This document shows, piece after piece, positions 1 through 8,661 of a stretch of DNA of 64,000 nucleotides. The stretch is from assembly GCA_018302225.1 (NCBI GenBank), contig JAGVZY010000012.1, positions 11,191 through 75,190 of the forward strand. The letters are read 5' to 3'. The position numbers were made by a program, and so were the translations under genes. How positions within the stretch are numbered: the stretch's first letter is position 1; the number at the start of each line of letters is the position of its first letter. The notes under the pieces were generated by a model. It did not search any database. It was not told where the DNA came from and saw only the letters and a program-made list of their open reading frames with translations. The stretch is from Candidatus Woesearchaeota archaeon (GTDB lineage Archaea; Nanobdellota; Nanobdellia; SCGC-AAA011-G17; JAGVZY01).

Positions 1-461
1 TCAAGTAATTTATCAAATTTTGTTAAGTTTATATTCTTTTCTTTTGTTCCTATTATTGCAATATCTATATCTGAATGGTATTCTTCTGTTTTATTAGAAT
101 TTATATCTTCTCCTTTAGAATAACTTCCAAAGAGGATTATTGTGCTCCCTGGAAAATTGTCTCTTAAGGTTTTTATTATTTGAGATTCATAAATTATCTT
201 TAAGTTTTCGACTCTTTTTAATTCTATGGCTGTTGAATTGTCTCTATTTAATTCAATTGAGAGTAGGTTTAAATTTTCTATTTTTTTAACATTTATTAGT
301 TCTTCTTTTTTTAATCCTTTTAAGGCATTTGAAACTGCAGTGGGAGATTTTTTTAAGTGTCTGGCTATACTTCTTAAATTTAAGCTAGTTCCTGCTTTTA
401 TACATAATAATCTAAATATTTCAGATTGCAGGTTTGTCCATTTTATATGGTATGTGTCCAT
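1..461 (-). CDS. wHTH + minimal nucleotidyltransferase (MNT-type antitoxin), runs off the window edge
   Basis: Not in the ORF track. Manual translation from ATG at 461 gives MDTYHIKWTNLQSEIFRLLCIKAGTSLNLRSIARHLKKSPTAVSNALK...IILFGSYSKGEDI...SDIDIAIIG (GS..DxD motif). Same architecture as 3403..3984. Confidence 0.8.
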   Translation of the reverse strand, partial: MDTYHIKWTNLQSEIFRLLCIKAGTSLNLRSIARHLKKSPTAVSNALKGLKKEELINVKKIENLNLLSIELNRDNSTAIELKRVENLKIIYESQIIKTLRDNFPGSTIILFGSYSKGEDINSNKTEEYHSDIDIAIIGTKEKNINLTKFDKLL

Positions 462-499
462 TAATAATTACACGTGTCTATATTAGTTTATAAACCTTT

Positions 500-1543
500 C
501 TATTTCTCAAAAACATAAATAAAGCTTTTTAAGTCACCAATTTGATAGTTTAATTTCTTAACTTGCTTAAAATCAGGTATTTTCAAATCTGGATTAGGAG
601 TATTAATAACTAATTTTCCTTTGTTTTTTAAGGTATTTCTTAGAGCTTCTGAAAGTTGGTTGTAGAAGTTTAAAACTTCTGGTTTTTTATTCCTTTTACA
701 AATATAAGGTGGGAATGAAACTACTGCTTCTAATTCATTATCTTTAAACATTGTTTCTATCCATTCTACTTCTCTTTTTGCTAATTCGACTTTTGCATCT
801 GCCATTGAAATGTTTATTTTTGAATTTTTTAAAGAGCCAATGTTTTCTGCAAAGCCTATAATTCTTGAGTTTGCTTTTGGTGGATTTTCTATTTTTAATT
901 TTAAGAAATTTTCATAAGCTAATTTTTTTTGATGTATAAATAATTTAGAGTTAAAATAATCTGCTTCTATTAAGATTATTCCATCTCTACAATAAGGGTC
1001 TAAGAGTATATTCTTATAATCACTTAATCTTATCATTGCATAGGCAACTATTGAGTTTAATGCACTGAAACTCATTTTTACTCTATAAAATCTTTTGTCT
1101 AGGGGAAATCCTGCAAAGTCTATTCCAAATAAATAATTATTATCTTGTATTTCAATTGCAAAAAGAGTGTGTGGATTTTCTAAGTTTACTTTTCCTTTTA
1201 TAATTGAACCAATTTCATGTTCTATTTCTTTTGAACTAAAATTATGTTTTCCTTGTCTTGTAGATTTTATTGCAAATGTTTCATATTTCCAATCTAATTT
1301 TGTTGATTTTATTTCTTTTACAATATCTTTTAATTCTTTGAATTTTCCTGTTTGTAGTAATACTCCTGTTTTTAGAAGACTTTGAGAATGATAGGTTAAT
1401 TTAGCAATATCTTCTAAAGTTTTAGTTTCAAAAGTAAGCATACCTGGATAAAGAATTTTTGATGAGATATTTAATAGTTCTTTAATCTCTTTTATACTTA
1501 TTTCTTCTAATCCTTGGATTGTTTTAGCATACGCTTTAATCAT
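500..1543 (-). CDS. THUMP-domain RNA methyltransferase-like protein (Trm14/RlmL-like), SAM motif degenerate
   Basis: N-terminal GLEEI and THUMP region; LDKRFYR; LLDPYCRDGIILIEA (canonical DPxCGSGT); FPPY. Confidence 0.75.
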   Translation of the reverse strand: MIKAYAKTIQGLEEISIKEIKELLNISSKILYPGMLTFETKTLEDIAKLTYHSQSLLKTGVLLQTGKFKELKDIVKEIKSTKLDWKYETFAIKSTRQGKHNFSSKEIEHEIGSIIKGKVNLENPHTLFAIEIQDNNYLFGIDFAGFPLDKRFYRVKMSFSALNSIVAYAMIRLSDYKNILLDPYCRDGIILIEADYFNSKLFIHQKKLAYENFLKLKIENPPKANSRIIGFAENIGSLKNSKINISMADAKVELAKREVEWIETMFKDNELEAVVSFPPYICKRNKKPEVLNFYNQLSEALRNTLKNKGKLVINTPNPDLKIPDFKQVKKLNYQIGDLKSFIYVFEK

Positions 1544-1580
1544 TTTGAGATTATTAGTTAAAAGGCTTATAAAGGTTTTC

Positions 1581-2702
1581 TTAGATTAAACTAATTACTT
1601 GATAAACAATTACTAATAAGAATACAATTAAAAGAACATAACTTAATAGGTTATAATGCTTAATTTCATATTCAGGTTTTCTTTCTGAGTGTTTTTTAGC
1701 ACTGTTATACATTAAGATAATAAGAATGCCTTCTAAACCCATTGCAAAGCTTCCCGCGATTGAAATAGTTTCTATAAAACTATTAAATCCAAGTATAAAT
1801 AGAATAAAGGGAGGTATGATTACTAATAACCAAGCTAGTTTTTTTCTGATGTTTAGATCATAATGAAATAAATCTTTCATTCCAATTGTAACTACAATAA
1901 AACTAGAGCTTAGTGCAAAGAAAATAAACAAATTTCCTAATAAAGATAAAAGTTCAGAATCTAGATTTAAAACTGCAATTTCTTTTATATTTGAACCAAA
2001 TGCGCCTATAAATGAAACTGAGAATATAATATAAATAATCATAGTTATTAACATTCCTAAAATTATAGAATTTTTAAGTTGTTTTTTATCTTTTAATTCA
2101 TTTATCATTTCTGGGACTGCTAAAGTTCCGCCATAAGAGAAAAAAGCAATACCAAAAGGAATTAAAATTTTATAAAAATTAAAATCTTTTAAATTTAAAA
2201 CATTCATTTTTGGAATTAGAATAATTGCTAGAGCTAAAATCAAACTTATCTTTAAGAATACGAATAAACTTTCATAACCTTCTGCTTTTTTAATATTGGG
2301 ATAAGTAAATATTAACATTAAAGCAAAATAAGCTGAAGCTGTAATTATTATTGGTAAGTTTAAGAGAGTTGCTAATACTTCACCCACACCAATAATATAG
2401 GCTAATAAAGCACCATAAGTTAAAATGATTAAAGAAAAAGTTAGTAAATTTTTTCCTTTGTTTCCAAGATACTTGTAAGCATAACCACTTAGTTGATGTT
2501 TGTGATAGGTTCTTAAGACAATTTCTCCCATAAAGAGATTTACTATTAAGAAAATTAAACCTGCAAGTATAATTGCTAAAAGGCCAGTTGATAAGCCAAC
2601 CTTGTTAATAATATAAGGTAATCCAAGAACACCAGCACCAATAGTCATACCTATAAGTGTTGAAGAAGCAAATAAGGTTCTTTTAAGGCTGTCTGTAAAC
2701 AT
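1581..2702 (-). CDS. Aromatic amino acid permease family transporter
   Basis: GMTIGAGVLGLPY N-terminal motif; about 11 hydrophobic segments. Confidence 0.8.
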   Translation of the reverse strand: MFTDSLKRTLFASSTLIGMTIGAGVLGLPYIINKVGLSTGLLAIILAGLIFLIVNLFMGEIVLRTYHKHQLSGYAYKYLGNKGKNLLTFSLIILTYGALLAYIIGVGEVLATLLNLPIIITASAYFALMLIFTYPNIKKAEGYESLFVFLKISLILALAIILIPKMNVLNLKDFNFYKILIPFGIAFFSYGGTLAVPEMINELKDKKQLKNSIILGMLITMIIYIIFSVSFIGAFGSNIKEIAVLNLDSELLSLLGNLFIFFALSSSFIVVTIGMKDLFHYDLNIRKKLAWLLVIIPPFILFILGFNSFIETISIAGSFAMGLEGILIILMYNSAKKHSERKPEYEIKHYNLLSYVLLIVFLLVIVYQVISLI

Positions 2703-2753
2703 ATTTAGAGTTAATACGGCAGGTTTTATAAACTCTTTTTTATTTTTAATACT

Positions 2754-3355
2754 ATGACTCTTAATTTATTAATGGCAGATATAAAAAAGGTCGCAGATCC
2801 TAAGAAAGCAAAGATTTTAATGCGATTCTTTAAAACTGGAAAAGGTGAATATGGTGAAGGAGATGTTTTTTGGGGTATAGTTGTTCCAAAACAAAGGATA
2901 ATTGCTAAAAAACATAGAGCGATAAGTTTAGAAGAGTGTTTAAGTTTATTAAAATCTAGAATTCATGAGTGTAGATTAACTGCTTTGTTTATTTTAATTG
3001 ATAAGTATAAAAAAGGAAGTTTTGAAATTAAAGAAAGAATATTTCAAGAGTATCTAAAAAATACTGAATATATTAATAATTGGGATTTAGTTGATTTATC
3101 TGCTCCAAATATAATTGGAGACTATCTTTATGATAAAGATAAATCTATTTTATCTAAATTTGTTAAATCTAAAAGTTTGTGGGTTTAATACATAAAGCTG
3201 TTGGGTGGATGTTAAGAGAGATTGGAAAGAGAAATTTAAAAGTTGAAGAGGATTTCTTAAGGAGGTATTATAGAGTAATGCCAAGAACAATGTTAAGGTA
3301 TGCTATTGAAAAGTTTTCAGAAGAGAAAAGGAAGTTTTATTTGAAAAAATCGTAA
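2754..3355 (+). pseudogene. DNA alkylation repair (AlkD-like) protein disrupted by an internal deletion and frameshift
   Basis: ORF 2754..3188 has FFKTGKGEYGEGD and INNWDLVD and stops after SKSLW. The family C-terminus ([16 protein letters not shown]...[13 protein letters not shown]) continues in another frame to TAA at 3355. Confidence 0.8.
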
Positions 3356-3402
3356 AAAAGCAAAAGATTTAAATAGTTCTATTATATAACATATGTTCTA
3401 TA

Positions 3403-3984
3403 ATGAAACCATTAATTCAAAAGAAGTACCTAAAGTTATATGAAGAAAATGCTATAACTAGGGTATATAACCTCTTATTTAAGTATCCTGAGAAAGAGTT
3501 TAGTCTTAGCGATATTGCTAGAGAAGCGGGTGTTGCAAAAGCTAATTTAGGCAAGATATTAGATGAATTATTTAAACTAGAAATTATTACTATTGAAAAA
3601 TTAAGTAAGATTTGGAGAGTAAAAGCAAATTTACAAAACTGGAATTATATTAAAAACAAAATTGTTTATAACTTAAATTTTATTTATAACAGTGGTTTAG
3701 TTGAGTTTCTTGGAGCCCATTTTAATAATCCCAAATCAATTATTTTATTTGGTAGTTTTAGAAAAGGAGAGGATATTTCTACTTCAGATATTGATATTGC
3801 TATAGAAACTGAAGATACAGAATATAATACTATAAATCTAAAAGAATTGTCTGTTTTTGAAGAATATATTCATAGAAATATACAAATTCATTTGTTTAAC
3901 AGAGAAAATATAAATTCTAACCTATTTAGCAATTTAGTTAATGGTATTATATTATATGGATTTTTAGAGGTGAATAATGAATAA
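3403..3984 (+). CDS. wHTH + MNT nucleotidyltransferase (type VII TA antitoxin-like)
   Basis: SLSDIAREAGV HTH; ILFGSFRKGED..SDIDIAI motif. Confidence 0.8.
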   Translation: MKPLIQKKYLKLYEENAITRVYNLLFKYPEKEFSLSDIAREAGVAKANLGKILDELFKLEIITIEKLSKIWRVKANLQNWNYIKNKIVYNLNFIYNSGLVEFLGAHFNNPKSIILFGSFRKGEDISTSDIDIAIETEDTEYNTINLKELSVFEEYIHRNIQIHLFNRENINSNLFSNLVNGIILYGFLEVNNE

Positions 3985-4414
3985 AGAGTTTCTTTCTATT
4001 TGGTTGAAAGCAGGTATTTTAAGAAAGAAACAAAGTGATTTTGAAAAAATAAAATCTTTAATTAATTCTGCAGAAATGAATATGGCTGTTGTTAAATGTA
4101 TCTCAATTACTGATGAATCGGCTACTTTAATATTTAGGGAAACTTATGAGTCAATAAGACAACTTGGAGAAGTTAAATGGGGACTTTTAAATTATGAACC
4201 TTCAAATCATGAAATAAGTTTGGAGAGTCTAAAAGATTTAGATATCAAGGAAAAAATCAAATTAAATTCCCTTGATAGATTCAAGAGAATAAGGCATGAT
4301 ATTAATTATAGAGGATTTAGGGCTAGTTTGGGACAAGCAGAAGAAATATTAAACTTTTGGAATAATTGTGGAGAGGAGATTATTAAAAATTTAAAAAAGG
4401 AAATCGAAAAATAA
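3977..4414 (+). CDS. HEPN-like protein paired with the MNT
   Basis: Overlaps the MNT gene; helical, about 145 aa; RIRHDINYRG (Rx4Y variant of Rx4H). Confidence 0.65.
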   Translation: MNKEFLSIWLKAGILRKKQSDFEKIKSLINSAEMNMAVVKCISITDESATLIFRETYESIRQLGEVKWGLLNYEPSNHEISLESLKDLDIKEKIKLNSLDRFKRIRHDINYRGFRASLGQAEEILNFWNNCGEEIIKNLKKEIEK

Positions 4415-4516
4415 TTAAATCTTATTTCTAGAACGTGTTGGTCCGCCGTGTTTGTAGAATTTAAATTTCTTTTTAAGACTCTTGCTTGATCTTTGAGTTG
4501 GAGTTGCGTATTCCAT
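4415..4516 (-). CDS. Small basic peptide (33 aa), unknown function
   Basis: MEYATPTQRSSKSLKKKFKFYKHGGPTRSRNKI*. Fills the gap exactly, with a TTTTAAATA box about 20-30 nt upstream. Confidence 0.5.
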   Translation of the reverse strand: MEYATPTQRSSKSLKKKFKFYKHGGPTRSRNKI

Positions 4517-4568
4517 ATTATTTAGAATATATGCAAATATTTAAAAGCTTTCATATTTTAATAGTAGT

Positions 4569-5462
4569 ATGACTTATGATATAATTGTTATTGGGGGAGG
4601 ACCTGCAGGTGTAAGTTGTAGTATTTATACTTCTAGATATAAATTAAAGACTTTAATGTTGTATGAACCTGGTGGTGGAACGTTAGTAACCGCACCATGG
4701 ATTCATAATTATGCGGGTGTTAAGGAAATTTCTGGGGTGGAGTTACAGCAAGATTTTCTTAAACAAGCTAAAAAATCTGGAGTTGAAATAAAAGAAGAAG
4801 TTGTAGAGAAAATTGAAAAAACTAAAATTGGTTTTAAAGTTTATTGTGCTGAGAAGTTTTATGAAAGTAAATCTTTAGTTATTGCTACAGGTGTAAGGCA
4901 TAAACAATTAGGATTAAAAGACGAAGAAAAGTTCTTAGGAAAAGGAGTAAGTTATTGTTTCTTGTGTGATGGTGCTATGTTCTCTAAAAAAGAAGTTGCT
5001 GTTGTTGGTGGAGCAAATTCTGCAGTTGCTGCAGCATTAAATCTATCTGAACTTACAAAAAAAGTTTATCTGATTTATAGAGGGGATAAATTAAAAGGAG
5101 AAGGTATAGAAGTTGATAAGTTGTTAAAAAGAAAGAAGGTTGAAATTATTTATAATTCTAATATTCAAAAGTTAAAAGGAAATAACTTTTTGGAATCTGT
5201 TGTTTTAGATAGTGGAAAAGAAATTAAAGTTAAGGGTTTGTTTATAGAAGTTGGTTTTGTTCCTGTCAGTTCATTATTAAATAATTTAAAAGTTAAAACT
5301 GAAAAAGGTTTTATTAAAGTTGATGATGAACAAAAAACAAATATTAAAGGAATATTTGCTGCAGGCGATATAACTAGTAAATCTAAAGTTAAACAAGTTT
5401 CTGTTGCAGTTGGTGAAGGTGCTGTTGCAGGTGTTTCTGCATATAATTATTTAAAAAAGTAG
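4569..5462 (+). CDS. trxB: Thioredoxin-disulfide reductase
   Basis: GGGPAG FAD motif, GVSYCFLCDG (CxxC), GGANSA, GIFAAGD. Confidence 0.9.
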   Translation: MTYDIIVIGGGPAGVSCSIYTSRYKLKTLMLYEPGGGTLVTAPWIHNYAGVKEISGVELQQDFLKQAKKSGVEIKEEVVEKIEKTKIGFKVYCAEKFYESKSLVIATGVRHKQLGLKDEEKFLGKGVSYCFLCDGAMFSKKEVAVVGGANSAVAAALNLSELTKKVYLIYRGDKLKGEGIEVDKLLKRKKVEIIYNSNIQKLKGNNFLESVVLDSGKEIKVKGLFIEVGFVPVSSLLNNLKVKTEKGFIKVDDEQKTNIKGIFAAGDITSKSKVKQVSVAVGEGAVAGVSAYNYLKK

Positions 5463-5497
5463 TAAATGTTATAAATGTAAGATATTTAGATAATAAT

Positions 5498-6433
5498 ATG
5501 AGAAGGGGGTCGTATAAAGATATGGAAAGAGAGCATATAAATGCTATTAAATCTCATCTTAAAAATAGATTTAAAGTTGAGCAATCTAAGCATGTTGAAG
5601 ATGTTCATGTTCATCTTGGAAAAAAGATTTCTGTTCATAGGCCCGAAGGAAGTTTACAATTATTAACTAAAAAAGAAGCTGGTGAAGATATTTCTATAAA
5701 ACATAAATTAAGAAAAGGTTTGGGAGATTTAAGTGCAAATTTTAGTGTTAGATTAGCTACAGGAATAATGGGTTTAGATCCAATAATCTCTGGTGGTTTT
5801 AGAAAAGATTCTATGAATTTGGTTATAGGTGGTCCCGGTTCTGGAAAAAGTATATTTGCTATGCAATTTTTAGTTACAGGGATTGAAGAGTATGATGAAG
5901 CGGGAGTTTATATTTCATTTGAAGAAACTGGAGAAGAGATTTTACAAAATATGGATTGTTTTGGTTGGAAGTTAAAAGAAAAAATAGAAAGTAATAAATT
6001 AGCAATCTTAGCTTATACACCTGCTCAAATTGAAAAGATTTTATTAGAAGGGGGAGGTATTTTAGAATCTGTAATTAAAGAGATTAATCCTAAGAGAATC
6101 GTGTTCGATTCTTTGAGTGCATTTAGTATGTTACATAGGGAAGGATTAGCACAAAGAGCGGCTTGTATGTCTTTGTTTCAAAATATAAAAAGATGGGATT
6201 GTACAGCTTTGTTTGTTGCTGAGCATGAAACTGATCCTGATGAGCATGATCCTTTAACTGAAGAATTTGAAGTTGATAGTGTGATTTTATTGTATAGTAT
6301 TAGAAAGGGAAATATAAGAACAAGAGCATTAGAAGTTTTAAAAATGAGATCTACTAATTATCCTTTACAAATATTTCCAATGACAATTGATAATGAAGGT
6401 CTAAGTGTGCATAGAGATAAGTTAGTGTTTTAA
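5498..6433 (+). CDS. KaiC/RAD55-like RecA-family ATPase, single domain with N-terminal extension
   Basis: TGIMGLD, Walker A GGPGSGKS, YISFEE, RIVFDS, LEVLKMR. Confidence 0.85.
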   Translation: MRRGSYKDMEREHINAIKSHLKNRFKVEQSKHVEDVHVHLGKKISVHRPEGSLQLLTKKEAGEDISIKHKLRKGLGDLSANFSVRLATGIMGLDPIISGGFRKDSMNLVIGGPGSGKSIFAMQFLVTGIEEYDEAGVYISFEETGEEILQNMDCFGWKLKEKIESNKLAILAYTPAQIEKILLEGGGILESVIKEINPKRIVFDSLSAFSMLHREGLAQRAACMSLFQNIKRWDCTALFVAEHETDPDEHDPLTEEFEVDSVILLYSIRKGNIRTRALEVLKMRSTNYPLQIFPMTIDNEGLSVHRDKLVF

Positions 6434-6792
6434 ATTTCATTATATTTTTTGTTTGAACCTTTGAATTTTTCTATAGGATATTTTTTCTTAGATATTTCTA
6501 TTTTTTTATTAAATTCGTCAGATAAGTCAATATTATATTTTTGTGCAAGTCTTACTAAGTAAGTTAGTATATCTGCTATTTCGTTGCAAATATCTTCTTT
6601 CTTTTTTGAATTATTAAACATTAATTCTATTTCTTTTTCTGATTTAAATCTAAAATGTTCTAAAAGTTCTCCTGCCTCTATACTTATTGCAATAGCTAGA
6701 TCTTTTGCACCATGAAATTGAGTCCAGTCGCGTTCTTCAGAGAAAACTTTCATTTTCTCTTTTAATTCTTTAATTGTGGTTTTTGAGTCCAT
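6430..6792 (-). CDS. MazG-like nucleotide pyrophosphohydrolase (DCTPP1-like)
   Basis: ERDWTQFH..KDLAIAISIEAGELLEHF, EIADI, KKYP. Confidence 0.88.
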   Translation of the reverse strand: MDSKTTIKELKEKMKVFSEERDWTQFHGAKDLAIAISIEAGELLEHFRFKSEKEIELMFNNSKKKEDICNEIADILTYLVRLAQKYNIDLSDEFNKKIEISKKKYPIEKFKGSNKKYNEI

Positions 6793-6793
6793 A

Positions 6794-6867
6794 TGGGCCT
6801 AAGAGGATTTGAACCCCTATATCTTGGTCCGAAGCCAAGTATGCTATCCAGGTTACATCATAGGCCC
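6794..6867 (-). tRNA. tRNA-Arg(UCG), no intron, CCA not encoded
   Basis: Acceptor stem GGGCCTA/TAGGCCC plus A73; anticodon stem CTTGG/CCAAG around loop CT-TCG-GA; GTTCAAATC T-loop; GGA in the D loop. Confidence 0.92.
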
Positions 6868-6941
6868 AAATTGTTTTAAAATGCTGAGATTTCTTAAATC
6901 TTACCATAATCTTTATAAAAAAGCGATATTTTGAGAATGAT

Positions 6942-8399
6942 ATGCAAAAAGAGCAAGGCCAAAAGAATAAAAAAGAAGATAATTTGGGGATTACAGTAAA
7001 AAAATCTGAAGATTTTTCTGAGTGGTTTACACAGGTTGTTGTTAAATCAGAGTTAGCAGATTATAGTGCTGTTTCTGGATGTATGGTTTTGAGACCATTA
7101 GGTTATGAGTTATGGGAAAAAATTGTAAAATTAACTGATGAAAGAATAAAAAAATTAGGTGTAAAAAATTGTTATTTTCCTTTGTTTATTCCTGAAAGTT
7201 TATTACAAAAAGAAAAAGAACATGTTGAAGGATTTTCACCTGAAGTTGCATGGGTAACTCACGCAGGAGATACTAAATTAAATGAAAGATTAGCAATAAG
7301 ACCAACTTCAGAAGTTATAATGTATGATTCATATTCAAAATGGATAAGATCTTGGAGAGATTTACCTTTAAAATTAAATCAGTGGAATAATGTTGTAAGG
7401 TGGGAATTTAAACATCCTACTTTACTTTTGAGAACAAGAGAATTTTGGTGGAATGAAGGACATACTGCATTTGCTACTTTAGAAGAAGCAGATGAAGAAA
7501 TAAAACAAATAATGGAAATTTGGAGAGAGATTCTTAATGATTATTTAGCTTTATTTAGTGTTGCTGGAAAAAAATCTGAAAAAGAAAAGTTTGCTGGAGC
7601 ATTAGCAACTTATGCACATGAATGTTTTTTAAATGGAAGATTTGCACAAGGTCCAGATGCACATTCCGATGGGCAGAATTTTGCAAAAGCTTATAATATT
7701 AAATTTTTAGACAAAGAAGGTGCTGAGGAATATGTTTATCAAAATACTTGGGCAATTACAACAAGAATGTTAGGAGTTTTAGTTGGTGTCCATGGTGATG
7801 ATAAAGGTTTAGTTTTACCTCCAAAGATGGCTACAAATAAAGTTGTTATAGTTCCCATATTATTTAAAGATACCAAAGATAAGGTTTTGAGAAAAGCAAA
7901 AGAATTAGTTCATGAATTAAGTGCTTTTGATGCTTTATTAGATAAAAGAGAAGAGTATAGTACGGGATATAAGTTTAATTATTGGGAATTAAAAGGAATT
8001 CCATTAAGAATTGAGATAGGTCCAAAAGATATAGAAAATTCACAAGTTGTTGTTGTAAGAAGAGATAATTTTCATAAAGAAGTTGTTAAATTTATAGATT
8101 TGAAAAGAAGAATTAATATTATTTTAGATGAGATGCAGAAAGAGATGCATCATAAGTCTAAGAAATTGTTTGAAGATGGAGTTGTTAAAGTTAAAACCTT
8201 TAAAGATTTTAAAGATGCAATTAAAAATAAAAAAGGTGTAATTGCTCCATTCTGTAATGAACCTAAATGTGAAGATTTTATTAAAGATGAATCTGGTGGA
8301 GCAAGTTCAAGAGTAATGATTTCTGAGCATTCTTCTGAGAAGTGTATTAAGTGTGGGAAATCTGCTAAGTGTATAATGTATTTTGGAAAAAGTTATTAA
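6942..8399 (+). CDS. proS: Proline--tRNA ligase, archaeal/eukaryotic type
   Basis: EKEHVEGFSPEV, RPTSE, LRTREF.W.EGHT, HGDDKGLVLPP, C-terminal Zn site and FGKSY end. Confidence 0.96.
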   Translation: MQKEQGQKNKKEDNLGITVKKSEDFSEWFTQVVVKSELADYSAVSGCMVLRPLGYELWEKIVKLTDERIKKLGVKNCYFPLFIPESLLQKEKEHVEGFSPEVAWVTHAGDTKLNERLAIRPTSEVIMYDSYSKWIRSWRDLPLKLNQWNNVVRWEFKHPTLLLRTREFWWNEGHTAFATLEEADEEIKQIMEIWREILNDYLALFSVAGKKSEKEKFAGALATYAHECFLNGRFAQGPDAHSDGQNFAKAYNIKFLDKEGAEEYVYQNTWAITTRMLGVLVGVHGDDKGLVLPPKMATNKVVIVPILFKDTKDKVLRKAKELVHELSAFDALLDKREEYSTGYKFNYWELKGIPLRIEIGPKDIENSQVVVVRRDNFHKEVVKFIDLKRRINIILDEMQKEMHHKSKKLFEDGVVKVKTFKDFKDAIKNKKGVIAPFCNEPKCEDFIKDESGGASSRVMISEHSSEKCIKCGKSAKCIMYFGKSY

Positions 8400-8622
8400 A
8401 ATTCTCGGCTAGTTTACCTACACTTTTTGTGTGTGGTGATTTTAGAATGGTTTCAATAGTCTCCCAGGCAATTGGTTTGTCGGTAGTTAATATAACTGAA
8501 AGTTGATCTTGGCTTATTTCTGTTTTAAGTGGGTTATATCCTTGTTTTTCTATGTAATTTAACATAGGCTTAATCTTAGTATGACTTTGAGATATTGAAA
8601 AACATAGTTTATAGTTAGTCAT
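8365..8622 (-). CDS. Hypothetical protein (possibly ACT/ferredoxin-like fold)
   Basis: 85-aa ATG ORF with a TATA-like box upstream. Overlaps the proS 3' end by 35 nt. Confidence 0.5.
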   Translation of the reverse strand: MTNYKLCFSISQSHTKIKPMLNYIEKQGYNPLKTEISQDQLSVILTTDKPIAWETIETILKSPHTKSVGKLAENFNNFFQNTLYT

Positions 8623-8661
8623 AAGTATATGTTAACCCTTAACTTTTTAAATATAATCTTT

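Noticed and set aside
226-486. Plus-strand 86-aa ORF and the many other short antisense or nested ORFs in the track (e.g. 1167, 9531, 12424, 28458, 29379, 34571, 57206, 62375)
   Set aside because: They are shadows of well-supported genes on the opposite strand or in another frame, with no motifs.
3183-3200. Programmed frameshift in the AlkD-like gene
   Set aside because: Conserved coding sequence is missing at the junction, so frameshifting would not restore a full protein.
5498-6433. Circadian clock KaiC
   Set aside because: Single ATPase domain and no kaiA/kaiB; typical archaeal KaiC-like family.
6794-6867. tRNA-Pro (GGG start, next to proS) or an integration site
   Set aside because: The anticodon loop reads UCG (Arg). 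I saw no duplicated tRNA 3' end and no integrase.
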